Part shown: positions 1 to 10,523 of the stretch, piece after piece
Layout of the letters: each line of letters starts with the position of its first letter
How positions within the stretch are numbered: the stretch's first letter is position 1
Assembly (NCBI GenBank): GCA_030688365.1
Contig: JAUYIE010000005.1
Location: 5,764 to 69,763 of the forward strand
Origin: a bacterium
Lineage (GTDB): Bacteria > Patescibacteriota > Patescibacteriia > JACQRZ01
Direction: 5' to 3'
DNA: 64,000 bases
The notes under the pieces: generated by a model
Database searches by the model: none
Told to the model about the DNA's origin: nothing
What the model saw: only the letters and a program-made list of their open reading frames with translations
Program-made: the position numbers and the translations under genes

Positions 1-672
1 GATATACCAGTTTGTGGCACCAACCAACTTCATTATGCCGATTTCCTCTTTCCTCGTATAAATAGTAATGCGGATAGTGTTGTAGACGATGAGCACTGCA
101 ATTGCTAAAAAGAAAATATTTATAATCCATCCCACTTGTTGAATACGCTGTTTGATGTTACTCAACGTGCTGATGACTTTACTCTTATCATCCAAATTTG
201 TTTTTTCAATAATCGGTTCGTATTGTGATTGACTGATAATCTGGGTGATTGCCGGATAGTAATTGATATCTTTGGCCTTGATCAACAAACTCGCAAATAA
301 AGGATTTTCTTCAAACTGGTCAAGAGAATCCGTTACAATCGTATTCCCCTCTTTTTCTTGTTTGGCTCGAAATTTTTCAAATGCGATCTGTTTTGATATA
401 TATACGGCGCTTTCTACATATGAATTTTTTTCTACCGCATTTTTTAACACTAATATATCCGGTTCCGATGCGGTTGTTTTAAAATTAACGGTAATATTGA
501 TGCGATTCTCAACTGCTTGAATGGTCGTGTCCACCAACGCATTGGTAAAAATAAAAAAATTCACGGAAAGAAACGAGAGTGTAATAATGGAAATAGTAAC
601 GATGGAAAGCCAAAAATTGCGCCAAAAGTTTTGAAATGCAAATTTTACGACTCTGTATAGATGAAGGAACAT
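1..672 (-). CDS. ftsX: Cell division permease FtsX (5' part; runs off window edge)
   Basis: Read manually: ATG at 672 gives MFLHLYRVVKFAFQNFWRNFWLSIVTISII..., a typical FtsX N-terminus, directly downstream of ftsE. Confidence 0.9.
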   Translation of the reverse strand, partial: MFLHLYRVVKFAFQNFWRNFWLSIVTISIITLSFLSVNFFIFTNALVDTTIQAVENRINITVNFKTTASEPDILVLKNAVEKNSYVESAVYISKQIAFEKFRAKQEKEGNTIVTDSLDQFEENPLFASLLIKAKDINYYPAITQIISQSQYEPIIEKTNLDDKSKVISTLSNIKQRIQQVGWIINIFFLAIAVLIVYNTIRITIYTRKEEIGIMKLVGATNWYI

Positions 673-678
673 AGAATG

Positions 679-1359
679 TTATAAAATATATTTCCCCGTT
701 TCTTTATCGCCTTTAACTTCACCGTCTTCAATGGTGACAACGCGCTTTTTTAACATATTCACTATATCTCGATTGTGCGTTACAAATAAAAGTGTCGTAC
801 CAAACTCATTGATTTTGGTAAGTAAATCAACAATGCTTTTTGCAGTAATAGTGTCCAGATCCCCCGTAGGTTCATCCGCTATCAATATTTTTGGGCGATG
901 AACGAGCGCGCGCGCAATAGCCACTCTTTGTTGCTCACCACCAGAAAGCTGACGTGGATAGCGATGTACTTTTTCTTCTAACCCTACGATCTTAAGTACT
1001 TGAGGCACGACGGTCTTAATGCGAGAAATGGGAGCGCCACATACCTCCAATGCAAACGCTACATTTTCATGTACTGTTTTTTTAGGAAGTAATTTAAAAT
1101 CTTGAAAAATAACGCCAATTTGACGACGTAATGTCGGTACATCAGCACGGCGAATTTTTGTGATATCCCAATCACCAATCATCACACTTCCCTTTGTAGG
1201 CCGTTCTTCGGCAGTCAGCAGTTTTGCTAATGTTGTTTTGCCGGCACCACTTTGTCCTACAATAAAAATAAACTCTCCTGCTTGTACTTCAAGGTCAATA
1301 TTTTTCAGTGCGGTAAAATCAGGGGGATATATTTTGGAAACACTTGAAAACCGAATCAT
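679..1359 (-). CDS. ftsE: Cell division ATP-binding protein FtsE
   Basis: Walker A GQSGAGKT, LSGGEQQRVAIARA, DEPTGDLD, QDFKLL motif; adjacent to ftsX. Confidence 0.95.
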   Translation of the reverse strand: MIRFSSVSKIYPPDFTALKNIDLEVQAGEFIFIVGQSGAGKTTLAKLLTAEERPTKGSVMIGDWDITKIRRADVPTLRRQIGVIFQDFKLLPKKTVHENVAFALEVCGAPISRIKTVVPQVLKIVGLEEKVHRYPRQLSGGEQQRVAIARALVHRPKILIADEPTGDLDTITAKSIVDLLTKINEFGTTLLFVTHNRDIVNMLKKRVVTIEDGEVKGDKETGKYIL

Positions 1360-1365
1360 AGAGCA

Positions 1366-2091
1366 TTAAAAAAGTTTTTCTATACGAATATGAATCAATC
1401 CTGCTCGAGGATCTGCTATTTTACTAAATGCAGTTTTTACAAGATCCAAAATGCGAGTTTTGTCAGGATTGTCCCACGTAGATGTAGTGGTGATACCGGT
1501 CACGGCTCCCGTATCCAAATTAGTAACCTTTAAGTGTGTCCCTACAGGATATAAATCAGTCGCACCACCATCAGTATATCTACGATCAGCATACCAACTG
1601 CCCGTACCTTCGTACATAGCATCTGGCTCCGTCATAACCGCAATCTTTGCATACGCAAGATGGATACTGGTTGTCATAACTTTTGTAATACGATTCATGA
1701 TCGATGGTATCATGATCCATTTCTTTTTTCCTCCATCCCAATAATACACGTGTGGACGATAGCCCTTATCATCCCCATAATGTAGTGAAAGTTGCAATGG
1801 GTATGCATTGTTATAAAGATGGTCGTCATCAACATCAAACTGACAAATCGGACTGATTGCTTCTAGTGTCTGTCCATTATCTTCATTATCACGTGGATCA
1901 GAGACGGACGTTATAGCAACATGACCTTGTATTGCTATAGGTACTGACATTTCAAGTATACAGTCCGCACTGGTAATAGAAACATATTCAGGCGCTAAGA
2001 TAGTTTTTTCACTAGCCACGACAGCAGTAAACAAAGATGAAAACATTAGTAGACAGACTATGATAGTGCCCCCTATCCTATAGTTGATCAT
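1366..2091 (-). CDS. Secreted protein with C-terminal RlpA-like double-psi beta-barrel domain
   Basis: Start moved to ATG 2091 because the ORF-track extension is antisense to tRNAs; signal-like N-terminus; C-terminal GTGSWY...GTHLKVTNLDTG...RILDLVKTAFSKIA...GLIHIRI resembles RlpA DPBB. Confidence 0.7.
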   Translation of the reverse strand: MINYRIGGTIIVCLLMFSSLFTAVVASEKTILAPEYVSITSADCILEMSVPIAIQGHVAITSVSDPRDNEDNGQTLEAISPICQFDVDDDHLYNNAYPLQLSLHYGDDKGYRPHVYYWDGGKKKWIMIPSIMNRITKVMTTSIHLAYAKIAVMTEPDAMYEGTGSWYADRRYTDGGATDLYPVGTHLKVTNLDTGAVTGITTTSTWDNPDKTRILDLVKTAFSKIADPRAGLIHIRIEKLF

Positions 2092-2152
2092 TTTAGTAAT
2101 TTGAGTTAATATAATGCGTGTTGTATCTGCGATCCTCGCTTGAGGTCTTGTC

Positions 2153-2226
2153 GCGGGATTAGTTGAATGGTACAACGCGACCTTCCCAAGGTTGAGGCAC
2201 GGGTTCGATTCCCGTATCCCGCTCCA
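2153..2226 (+). tRNA. tRNA-Gly (CCC)
   Basis: Acceptor GCGGGAT/ATCCCGC, anticodon loop TTCCCAA, T-loop TTCGATT, encoded CCA. Confidence 0.95.
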
Positions 2227-2229
2227 CAT

Positions 2230-2302
2230 GCCGATGTAGCTCAGTTGGTAGAGCAATGCTTTCGTAAAGCAGAGGTCGTGGGTTCGACTCCCACCATCGG
2301 CT
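2230..2302 (+). tRNA. tRNA-Thr (CGT)
   Basis: GCCGATG/CATCGGC acceptor, D-arm GCTC-AGTTGGTA-GAGC, loop TTCGTAA, TTCGACT; CCA not encoded. Confidence 0.93.
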
Positions 2303-2320
2303 TATCACCAATGTAGTATA

Positions 2321-2824
2321 TCATTCATTATTATTGTGAGCAAAAAAGTAATCCCACCATTTTGCAGGATTGCTTTTTTGTTTTTCCACAGAAACTCCCA
2401 TACTTGACGTAATATCAGCATGCGATGTGATACCGGATGTCGGCGATACCGTATGAAATGATCTGGAATCACTTGATTCTTTTTGGACTGAAGCACCAGT
2501 ATCATTGAGTACGACAACTTCTTCACCAACTTTTTGCATTCCCAATTTCAACCGTGCTTCTTTTTCTGCGAAAAAATCAGTTCCCAAAAATTGGTTAAGT
2601 TCTTGCAACCTATTTTGTGTACTCTGCAAATCGCTCACTTGTTTTTCAAATGTTTTGATGTCACTTTCTGTCTTACTCCGTTTGACCATCACCTGTAGAG
2701 TCTGGTAAGCAAAAAAAATCGATACTACAATCACCACATACAACAATATTTTTGAAGATATCAAATCCATTGGTCGCTGTCCTGATAATCGCATTCCAGA
2801 AAAAAGATGATGAGATGGTTTCAT
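2321..2824 (-). CDS. Septum formation initiator (FtsB/DivIC-like)
   Basis: Single TM, coiled coil, EKEARLKLGMQKVGEEVVV motif, C-terminal SNPAKWWDYFF. Confidence 0.75.
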   Translation of the reverse strand: MKPSHHLFSGMRLSGQRPMDLISSKILLYVVIVVSIFFAYQTLQVMVKRSKTESDIKTFEKQVSDLQSTQNRLQELNQFLGTDFFAEKEARLKLGMQKVGEEVVVLNDTGASVQKESSDSRSFHTVSPTSGITSHADITSSMGVSVEKQKSNPAKWWDYFFAHNNNE

Positions 2825-3387
2825 ATATTAAAATGAGAAAACACTTTTGGATCCGTAGGTGGTGATATCGGCGAGGTATGATATGAGCTGACATCGTGTG
2901 AAAATGTAGTATGTTTACCAATAACCTCCATGAGTTCCTTTGGTCTTACAATCTTTTCAATTAAAAAGGGATCTGTAGCTGATTTCAAAATACATTCTAC
3001 ACTCCCAACATTACTTACTGAATTTACCATCCCGCGTCGAATATATCTACTACGAACAATTTCCTTGTATGCTACTTCTCTGACCTCCTTTTTCCAAAAC
3101 CCTTCACGTTGGACCACGATAAGTCGCGCAGTGGTGGTAATACAGACGCTTCCTAGCCATTTAAACACAGCACGCCACCCGGTAAGGCCACACATCGCCA
3201 AAATTACTAAAAAAAAGCCAACACCCCATGGGCCCGCTCGAAAGAGTGGTGTCATAAAGAAAAATAAAATAAGCACAATGACACTATCTATCAAAAAAAA
3301 TCGTATCGTTGAACCCTTTTCGGTACGAAAAATCTGTACCACTTCCTCGTGATCCTCAAGATTTACAGTTTCCCAAAGCGTTATCAT
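2821..3387 (-). CDS. Membrane protein with bacterial PH-like domain
   Basis: Two TMs followed by IITTARLIVVQREGFW...GSVEC pattern. Confidence 0.55.
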   Translation of the reverse strand: MITLWETVNLEDHEEVVQIFRTEKGSTIRFFLIDSVIVLILFFFMTPLFRAGPWGVGFFLVILAMCGLTGWRAVFKWLGSVCITTTARLIVVQREGFWKKEVREVAYKEIVRSRYIRRGMVNSVSNVGSVECILKSATDPFLIEKIVRPKELMEVIGKHTTFSHDVSSYHTSPISPPTDPKVFSHFNI

Positions 3388-3446
3388 ACGAAATACAGTA
3401 TATCACATTCCTTCGTCAATGACATCAACCGCTTGTACATCAATCG

Positions 3447-4130
3447 CTAAGGCAATAACGTATCAATTAATACTTTTTTTGGTCCTTCTAAAACAGTAAA
3501 AAGGAAACGATCAGTTACACTTTTGCGCATTTTAAACTCCTCGAGTGGCATAATGGTATATTTCAAATCTTGATCGATTTCTTGCTCTACTCGCTTGAGT
3601 GTTGAATCCCATAATGTTTTATTAACCGTGCCCACCAATAAGATATCAACAGGTGAATCAAGCAATCCTACAAAAAAGCCAGTTAAAATGCCATATTGCA
3701 CTGTTCCCATTTGATCGATCACCCTGGACAAATCACGTTCAACAATAAGCGGACTCTTTTCAAAGAGTGCTCGCAATTCTTTATATAAAACAAACGTGGG
3801 ATCTACGCGGTAATATTTCTTGGCCTGTTTATCGGCCTTATCCTCGAGAACACTCTCTTTTACCTCAGGTGCTATACCACCGAACAGCAATCGAGACATA
3901 CGATTTGGATCATCAAGATCCTTCATACCTCGCTTGGCTTCCTCTTCAGAAACAGTAATGATTAATCCACAGTCCTCCAGGTTAGTCAATTCTCGACGTA
4001 CCGAGTTGATCTGAGTATCAATCACGCGAGTCAGCTCACGAATATAAAACGCCTGATGTGGGTTGGTTAAAAAAAGTTTCAGTAGCTTTGTTCTTGTACG
4101 TGATCCAAATAATTGTTCAAGCATGTTCAT
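3447..4130 (-). CDS. Winged-helix transcriptional regulator with nucleotidyltransferase-like C-terminus
   Basis: LFGSRTRTKLL...YIRELTR...NSVRRELTNL HTH; VDILLVG in C-terminal domain. Confidence 0.65.
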   Translation of the reverse strand: MNMLEQLFGSRTRTKLLKLFLTNPHQAFYIRELTRVIDTQINSVRRELTNLEDCGLIITVSEEEAKRGMKDLDDPNRMSRLLFGGIAPEVKESVLEDKADKQAKKYYRVDPTFVLYKELRALFEKSPLIVERDLSRVIDQMGTVQYGILTGFFVGLLDSPVDILLVGTVNKTLWDSTLKRVEQEIDQDLKYTIMPLEEFKMRKSVTDRFLFTVLEGPKKVLIDTLLP

Positions 4131-4233
4131 AGGGTTTGGAAGGAATAATCGTATGGATACAATTAGTATTCATGTCTTTGTTGCAATAAATCGTTCTTAT
4201 AGTATACTGATTCTTGAAATCCGTAAATAGCAC

Positions 4234-6591
4234 ATGCATTGTATGCCCAAAAAAACAAGCATAGCGACAGCCAAAATATCAATTCCAGGGACTCAAAGCG
4301 ATGAGCTCTGTTATCTTTTCTCTCAGCAATTGGATGAACGAGACCCTCATTCTGATACAGTGTTTGGAATTTTTCAAATCCGAGCATCAAGTGAGGCCTA
4401 TCATAGCATAATTGAACACATCGTCAAACACCTCTTAGACTTCTATTATCGTGCTCAAGAAAATAAAGCAACCATGCATAATGAGCAGGCAGTTGGCGCT
4501 TCTGAATTTCTCTTTGAAAATGCCTTGCAATATGTGAATGATCAGGTCGTCAATATGATTGATGAACTACACAATTTTCCACAAGGACATGTGGCGATTG
4601 ACCGAACGCGTATTTCCTTATTGATTGGCGTGATATCAGGCGATGAACTATTTTTAACGAGTGCGGGAAATCTTGTGAAAGCGTATATGCTGTATCCTGT
4701 CAGTCGTAATGGTGTTTTTTCACATTATTCGGCCGTGACAATTTCAGATGATGAAAATCAAGAGCGTTACATTGATGCAAAAAAATTATTTACAAATGTC
4801 ATAGCGGGGACATTTGCCATTCCAGGCAGTACGCTTGTGGTAGCCAATGCACGATTCAATGACTACATACCTGTTGATCAGATCAAGCAAATTGTAACGA
4901 GTTATCCGTTTGATCATATCACGAAATATCTTTATAATTTACTCGGAAAAGCAAACGAAAATGCCGATTTTAATGCATTGTTTTTATCGCTACAGAAATC
5001 CGAGGCAACTGACACTTGGGGTGGTCGTCATCAGACACGATCTGATGATTCCATTAATGGTCTTGTAGAACAACAACGAAATACACAACATATTCTTTCA
5101 CCTGTAATAGCAATGCATATAAAAAAACAGGTGTCTCATTTTGTTGATCAGTATATTATCAAAACAGCCAAAGTTCTTCTTCAGCGCGTTAAGGAAGTTG
5201 ATTACAGAAAACATGCAAAGACAGCGCGAACATGGGGAAAACATGTGTCTATTCACGCCAGAAAAAGTGTCGGCCACTTGAAAAAAAATTACAAAAATCC
5301 ACTGCCCGTTATCAAACATGCAGCATCAGCAGTTTCGTCATCGCAATTTAAGACTTCAGCAATTGTCTTTCTTAAAAAATGGTCAAAGAAGATTTCTCAT
5401 AATTGCATTGAATTTTATTCATCTTTGAAAAAAAATGGCCCACGATACATCATTAGCTGGTTTAAGGGCTTAACGATGCTTTCCAAAAGTCTGTTGGTAT
5501 TGGCGATTATCTTTATTTTTTTATTTACAACGAGCATTATAACCTTACAAAGAAAGCGGGTAAATGAATCAACGCAACATGCGTATTCTCAACAAGTGGT
5601 GAGTATAGAAGAAAAAATTAATCAAGCAGAATCTAGTATGATATTTTCAGATGAGGAACATGCTATTCAGCTGTTGGCCCAAGCGCAGGATGACCTTACA
5701 GGATTGTCCAGGACATCTCCTGATAAGATCAAAACTGCAGATGAATTACAAACTCGTATCACGCGTGCTACGCAAAAGATTAATAAGATATATTCAGTAG
5801 AATCTACGATGGTAGCTAATTTTGATGGTCAAATACCCACACTAGACAACATTTCTATGCTTTCCACTGAAAACAAAACTATTGTCTACAATACTGAAAG
5901 TATTTATCTTTTGTCTTCAAACGACGGCTCTGTTCGTAAAATCAACACACAAGCAAAAATACCTAGCATTGGGTGTGGTGCATTTTTATCTGATGATCTA
6001 GTGTATTTTTGTGGTAAAGAAGGTGATCGTCTCTACGAGTTAAATCTAAAAAATAATGAAACGAAACAAGTAGCTATTTCACTGGCTAAAAACGAATCAT
6101 TACGACACATTACCTTTTATAGTGATCGGCTCTATGTCCTTGATGATACATCTGAGATAATATACCGCCACAGTAAAACAAATAATGGTTTTGGAGATCC
6201 TACAATCTGGTATCGGGGTGCCAACGCCACATCTCTGGCTGATGCGCGACAGATTTTGATTGATGGTGTTGCATATGTATATGAAGTTCCCGCAACACTC
6301 CTTCATATTTCAGGTGGAAAAGTTGTACCATTAGCGCTGACTGGAATTGAGCCGCCCCTTACCTCTATAGACAAATTTTGGATATCTGAAAGATCTACGT
6401 CCTTATATGTGCTTGATAAGACAAATCAACGAATCGTCATTTTTGATAAAAAAACTTTAAAAATAATTGGCCAGCTCACTAGTGATATTTTTTCAGAAGC
6501 AGAGTCCTTCAGTGTATTAGAAACTAAAATGAAAATTTTTGTTTTGACTTCGCATGGTGTTTATAGTATTCCTTTGGATTATCTGAAATAG
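4234..6591 (+). CDS. Large membrane-anchored hypothetical protein with probable C-terminal beta-propeller
   Basis: 785-aa ORF; TM near residue 420-437, coiled coil, repeated LYVLD-type blades. Confidence 0.6.
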   Translation: MHCMPKKTSIATAKISIPGTQSDELCYLFSQQLDERDPHSDTVFGIFQIRASSEAYHSIIEHIVKHLLDFYYRAQENKATMHNEQAVGASEFLFENALQYVNDQVVNMIDELHNFPQGHVAIDRTRISLLIGVISGDELFLTSAGNLVKAYMLYPVSRNGVFSHYSAVTISDDENQERYIDAKKLFTNVIAGTFAIPGSTLVVANARFNDYIPVDQIKQIVTSYPFDHITKYLYNLLGKANENADFNALFLSLQKSEATDTWGGRHQTRSDDSINGLVEQQRNTQHILSPVIAMHIKKQVSHFVDQYIIKTAKVLLQRVKEVDYRKHAKTARTWGKHVSIHARKSVGHLKKNYKNPLPVIKHAASAVSSSQFKTSAIVFLKKWSKKISHNCIEFYSSLKKNGPRYIISWFKGLTMLSKSLLVLAIIFIFLFTTSIITLQRKRVNESTQHAYSQQVVSIEEKINQAESSMIFSDEEHAIQLLAQAQDDLTGLSRTSPDKIKTADELQTRITRATQKINKIYSVESTMVANFDGQIPTLDNISMLSTENKTIVYNTESIYLLSSNDGSVRKINTQAKIPSIGCGAFLSDDLVYFCGKEGDRLYELNLKNNETKQVAISLAKNESLRHITFYSDRLYVLDDTSEIIYRHSKTNNGFGDPTIWYRGANATSLADARQILIDGVAYVYEVPATLLHISGGKVVPLALTGIEPPLTSIDKFWISERSTSLYVLDKTNQRIVIFDKKTLKIIGQLTSDIFSEAESFSVLETKMKIFVLTSHGVYSIPLDYLK

Positions 6592-6681
6592 TGTTATACA
6601 CAGGGTGTACCAAAAAATTGAAAAATTTGTGATATACTATATACATAAATATAGCTCATTTAATTTTTAAAAAACCATGCA

Positions 6682-7014
6682 ATGCCAATTTTGAAAAGAA
6701 AAAAAATGCGATTGCCCATCACGTCACTGTTCAATGCAGTGTTAATAATGTTTATAATCATTAGGGCTACACTATCAGTAATGGTGCAACCGATAAACAG
6801 TACAACCAATTCTTATCTAAGTATCTTGCTTGCTGGGTATCCCACAACTGGTTTTGTCGCAATGTTAATCATTGCACTGGCTATTATTATGTGGAGTGCG
6901 CACCTTCTTCAAATATTTTGGAATAGATTTTTTGCAGATATGTTTTCACTTCGTGATCTAGAATATCAAGAAGCACTGGCAATCATTTTAATGATCGCCG
7001 TGATCATTCCATAA
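6682..7014 (+). CDS. Hypothetical membrane protein
   Basis: 110-aa hydrophobic ORF followed by a terminator. Confidence 0.55.
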   Translation: MPILKRKKMRLPITSLFNAVLIMFIIIRATLSVMVQPINSTTNSYLSILLAGYPTTGFVAMLIIALAIIMWSAHLLQIFWNRFFADMFSLRDLEYQEALAIILMIAVIIP

Positions 7015-7019
7015 GAGTA

Positions 7020-7064
7020 TAATAAAAAAGCCCCATCCAATAACGGAATGTGGGCTTTTTTATT
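7020..7064. terminator. Bidirectional intrinsic terminator
   Basis: AATAAAAAAGCCC...GGGCTTTTTTATT between convergent genes. Confidence 0.75.
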
Positions 7065-7074
7065 ATCTGTGTAC

Positions 7075-7503
7075 TTATTGTAATGTAACTTTTGCGCCTG
7101 CCTCTTCCAATTTTTTCTTCATTTCTTCAGCTTCTGCTTTAGCAACACCTTCCTTTACTACTTTTGGTGCTGCATCAACGAGATCTTTTGCTTCCTTCAA
7201 TCCTAGTGCAGTAATTTCACGGACAACTTTGATAACTGCAATCTTTGTAGCACCTGAATCCGTGATCTCAATGTCAAACGCTGTTTTTTCTTCAGCGGCT
7301 GCGTCTCCTGCACCACCATTTCCTGGCATTGCTGCCATTGCCATCATTGGTGCTGATGCTGATACCCCAAACTTTTCTTCTAACACTTTTACCAATTCTG
7401 CCAAGTCAAGAACTGAAAGTTTTTCAATACTTGAAACAATATCCTTAAACTTCGCAGGTACCTCCACACCTTTTTTTTCTTCATTGATTGTTTCGTCTGC
7501 CAT
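7075..7503 (-). CDS. rplL: 50S ribosomal protein L7/L12
   Basis: [43 protein letters not shown]. Confidence 0.98.
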   Translation of the reverse strand: MADETINEEKKGVEVPAKFKDIVSSIEKLSVLDLAELVKVLEEKFGVSASAPMMAMAAMPGNGGAGDAAAEEKTAFDIEITDSGATKIAVIKVVREITALGLKEAKDLVDAAPKVVKEGVAKAEAEEMKKKLEEAGAKVTLQ

Positions 7504-7526
7504 ATAATTATTGTTCATTAAAAATC

Positions 7527-8069
7527 TTACACGTTGGTCTTTTCACTCATTGCATGAAGCACAGTGACCAGACCTCTTAGATTACCCGCTAGTACATTGA
7601 CTATGCCAGAAACTGGCGCATTGAGTGAGCCCACAAGCTTAGCAAGTAGCTCTTCTCGTGAAGGAAGCGTTGCGAGCTGATTCAATGATAAAGTATCAAG
7701 CAAACGATTACCTGGTGCTTCTGACATCATCAAACCCGCTTTCATGCTAAATCCCTCATGATCTTTTGCAAATCGCGTAAAAAGCTTTGCAGGTGCTATT
7801 TCATCCTCCATACTAAACGTCGCCGCAATCTCTCCTTCAATCGTACGCGGAGTGACTTCAGTGATCCCTGCATCTTCCAGCGCCTTTGCCAAAAGTGTTT
7901 TTTTGGCGACCAGACAACGAATACCTGCTTGGTCACATTGTGTACGCAGATCATTAGCAGATTTCACGGTCAGTCCTTGCATATCCACAAAGACAATTGA
8001 CTTGCTTTGAGGAATATAGTCATTGATACGAGCGAGTATGGCTTTCTTTTTCTCTCTGGTTGTTGCCAT
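7527..8069 (-). CDS. rplJ: 50S ribosomal protein L10
   Basis: MATTREKK start, [23 protein letters not shown]; upstream of rplL. Confidence 0.96.
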   Translation of the reverse strand: MATTREKKKAILARINDYIPQSKSIVFVDMQGLTVKSANDLRTQCDQAGIRCLVAKKTLLAKALEDAGITEVTPRTIEGEIAATFSMEDEIAPAKLFTRFAKDHEGFSMKAGLMMSEAPGNRLLDTLSLNQLATLPSREELLAKLVGSLNAPVSGIVNVLAGNLRGLVTVLHAMSEKTNV

Positions 8070-8087
8070 ACGACTGTATATAATTAA

Positions 8088-8196
8088 AAAAACTGTGGTA
8101 CGACCACAGAAAGCTCTCCCACTCGGGAGAAAGAGTATATACCCTACTATCGGCATTATTAAGTCCTGCTTCGGGCAAGACACCTATAGTCTTTGG
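8088..8196 (-). promoter_or_regulatory. L10 leader (ribosomal protein autoregulatory RNA)
   Basis: Minus strand CCAAAGACTATAGG...CTTAAT...ATAGTAGG plus hairpins directly upstream of rplJ, resembling the L10 leader consensus. Confidence 0.7.
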
Positions 8197-8254
8197 ATCG
8201 TGAAATCAATATACAGCGATTTTAAAATAATGTCAAATCGTTCCAATATAATAT

Positions 8255-8277
8255 AAAAGCCCCTAAATATTCGGGGC
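8255..8277 (-). terminator. Intrinsic terminator of ORFan 8309-8851
   Basis: GCCCCGAATATTTAGGGGC-TTTT on minus strand. Confidence 0.6.
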
Positions 8278-8308
8278 GATCAATTGATATATTTTTGCGT
8301 ATTTACAC

Positions 8309-8851
8309 TTACTTAATATTTTGGAACTGTTCCCTTAATGACAGTTGATACACCAAAATTTGGCCCATATACGTACTGGACAACCAGGCATGGAGCTCTG
8401 GAGAAATATATTTCATATCCAAAATATCATCATCATGAGCCAGAACTGTAATATGCGTCTCTTCTGATAATGTTTTGATATTCTGTGTCAAACACACCAA
8501 CATATCTGCAAGCCAAGATATCACACGTGATGAGTCTTCATCGGGATAGGTTTGCCTATCATCGCGAAATATCCATTCATTTAAATACGCTTTTTTTATT
8601 TTCAAAGCATTAAGAAATAATGGCAAGACCGATAAAATACCTCGTTCATTGACTGATAGTTTATTATTGGTCATAGGATCTATATTTAGCATAAGGAGTT
8701 TCATATAGTTATATTCTTCAGCCGATGAAATATTTAACATCAAACAAATAAAAGATAATTTTCGGTATCGTAATGCTTTCTTGGTTGCTTTTCTGTCTTG
8801 TATTTTTTTTGATATGAAATCCCCTAGCACATCAAATATATTTATGTTCAT
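8309..8851 (-). CDS. Hypothetical protein (AT-rich ORFan)
   Basis: 180 aa, AGGAG SD, own terminator. Confidence 0.6.
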   Translation of the reverse strand: MNINIFDVLGDFISKKIQDRKATKKALRYRKLSFICLMLNISSAEEYNYMKLLMLNIDPMTNNKLSVNERGILSVLPLFLNALKIKKAYLNEWIFRDDRQTYPDEDSSRVISWLADMLVCLTQNIKTLSEETHITVLAHDDDILDMKYISPELHAWLSSTYMGQILVYQLSLREQFQNIK

Positions 8852-8962
8852 TTTTTTCTCCTTTTTTTCTAAATGATAGATCTGTTGGTTGTAAAATAAC
8901 CTACTGTACTTTTACAGTACTCTCGCTGTTTTGTCAATGGATGAGTATTAAATGGTTGAGCA

Positions 8963-9997
8963 TTATGGGGCGATGGATGGCAAATACTTCCTCTTATTTG
9001 CCAAGTGTTCTTCGTATGTTTTGCTATAAATTGCGTTTCCTTGTCTATCAGTCAAAAAATAAAGATACGGTGTTTTTGTATAGTAAATAACCGACTTGAT
9101 GGATGCAAGACCGGGATTATCAATAGGACCTGGTGGTAAACCTGTATGTTTGTAGGTGTTATATGGTGAATCTGATGCAACATCATCAAATGTTGGTTGT
9201 GCCATACTTTTTCCCGTTACGTAATTCACCGTTGCATCGGAGCCCAAAGTCATACCCAGCGCCATGCGTTTATAAAAAATACCCGCTACAATAGCACGAT
9301 CTTCATCTGTAGCTACTTCTTTCTCCACAATCGATGCCAAAGTAATTACATCAAAAATTGTCCGTTTTTGTGCGACAATATCATCACGCATCTGCTGAGT
9401 AAACTTGATATCAAAATTTTCGAGCATGGCGTTTATAATATCATCAGCAGTGGCATCTGGATAAACCCGATACGTATCGGGAAAAAGATATCCCTCCAAC
9501 GTGGCGGTCCTTGGTAGATCAACAAGAAATGGATATTCGTCTTTGGGTACTTGCTGTGTAGCTTGTAAAAAGGTTGCCCCAGCCGGATGCCCTTGTTCTT
9601 TTAAATACTCACCAAACCCTGCACCGGTAAGCCCTTCACGAAATGTCAATGTCACTTCCGGTACGTATTGTGGTTTTGTCATAGTATGTACCACCGATGA
9701 AAGTGTAACCTTACCTGCGAACGAATATGTGCCTGCCTGCAAATGTCCATCGTTACCGGTAATAAAAAGATAAACACCAGCTAAAAACGGATTACTGATG
9801 ATATGATTATCATGAAGAAAAGCCAAGGTTTCAGAACCACGCTGCCCTGGGGGTACGACAACTTCTACTTCATGTTGGATGGAATGTGGTATAAACCAAA
9901 CATACAGCGCATAAACCCCATACAATACTATGATCAAACTTCCGATAGTTAAAAATCGTCTTGCAAAAAAACGAAAAATGGTCATGAAAACAGTCAC
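8963..9997 (-). CDS. mltG: Endolytic transglycosylase MltG
   Basis: LEGYLFPDTY, LASIVEKE, SPYNTYKHTGLPPGPI. Confidence 0.95.
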   Translation of the reverse strand: MTVFMTIFRFFARRFLTIGSLIIVLYGVYALYVWFIPHSIQHEVEVVVPPGQRGSETLAFLHDNHIISNPFLAGVYLFITGNDGHLQAGTYSFAGKVTLSSVVHTMTKPQYVPEVTLTFREGLTGAGFGEYLKEQGHPAGATFLQATQQVPKDEYPFLVDLPRTATLEGYLFPDTYRVYPDATADDIINAMLENFDIKFTQQMRDDIVAQKRTIFDVITLASIVEKEVATDEDRAIVAGIFYKRMALGMTLGSDATVNYVTGKSMAQPTFDDVASDSPYNTYKHTGLPPGPIDNPGLASIKSVIYYTKTPYLYFLTDRQGNAIYSKTYEEHLANKRKYLPSIAP

Positions 9998-10003
9998 TAA
10001 TAA

Positions 10004-10513
10004 TCAATGCGCAATCAATCGACGTCCGACAAAATAGACTAGCATACCGCTAAATATACCAACAATCATTCCTCCTACAACATCAGTAGGATAATGCACG
10101 CCCACGTATATACGAGAAATACCGATCAACAACGCGATAATATATGATACAATCCCCCATTTGCGATTATGCAAAAATACAACAGTAGCAAGAGCAAATG
10201 CCACAGTAGTATGATCAGAGGGAAATGATTTATCAAGACCGGATTTTTCAATCAGTAAATGTACTTGTTCGTGTGCAATAAATGGACGATAACGAAAGGC
10301 CAAAAAACCTATCATTGCATTAGTAAATAACGCAAAACCACTCGCAAGTGCACTTTCTAAAATCATTCGTAGGCGATGACCTTTTCCCTTTATCAACGCA
10401 ACAAGTAAGATCATGACAAAGATCGCCATTTCAGCGAGAAATATGCCTACTGAATCCAAAAATGGTGACATACCTGCCAGATTATTGATTGCACGAAAGA
10501 TGATGTAATCCAT
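10004..10513 (-). CDS. PAP2 family phosphatase (undecaprenyl-diphosphatase, BcrC-like)
   Basis: RYRPF, SFPSDH, SRIYVGVHYPTD. Confidence 0.9.
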   Translation of the reverse strand: MDYIIFRAINNLAGMSPFLDSVGIFLAEMAIFVMILLVALIKGKGHRLRMILESALASGFALFTNAMIGFLAFRYRPFIAHEQVHLLIEKSGLDKSFPSDHTTVAFALATVVFLHNRKWGIVSYIIALLIGISRIYVGVHYPTDVVGGMIVGIFSGMLVYFVGRRLIAH

Positions 10514-10523
10514 ATAATTTAAA

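Noticed and set aside
2092-2256. N-terminal extension of ORF 1366-2256
   Set aside because: It is largely the antisense translation of tRNA-Gly and tRNA-Thr; ATG 2091 gives a signal-like start
8902-8919. TACTGTA-N4-TACAGTA as an SOS box
   Set aside because: CTGT-N6-ACAG does not match the E. coli N8 spacing, and the local LexA box appears to be GAAC-N4-GTTC
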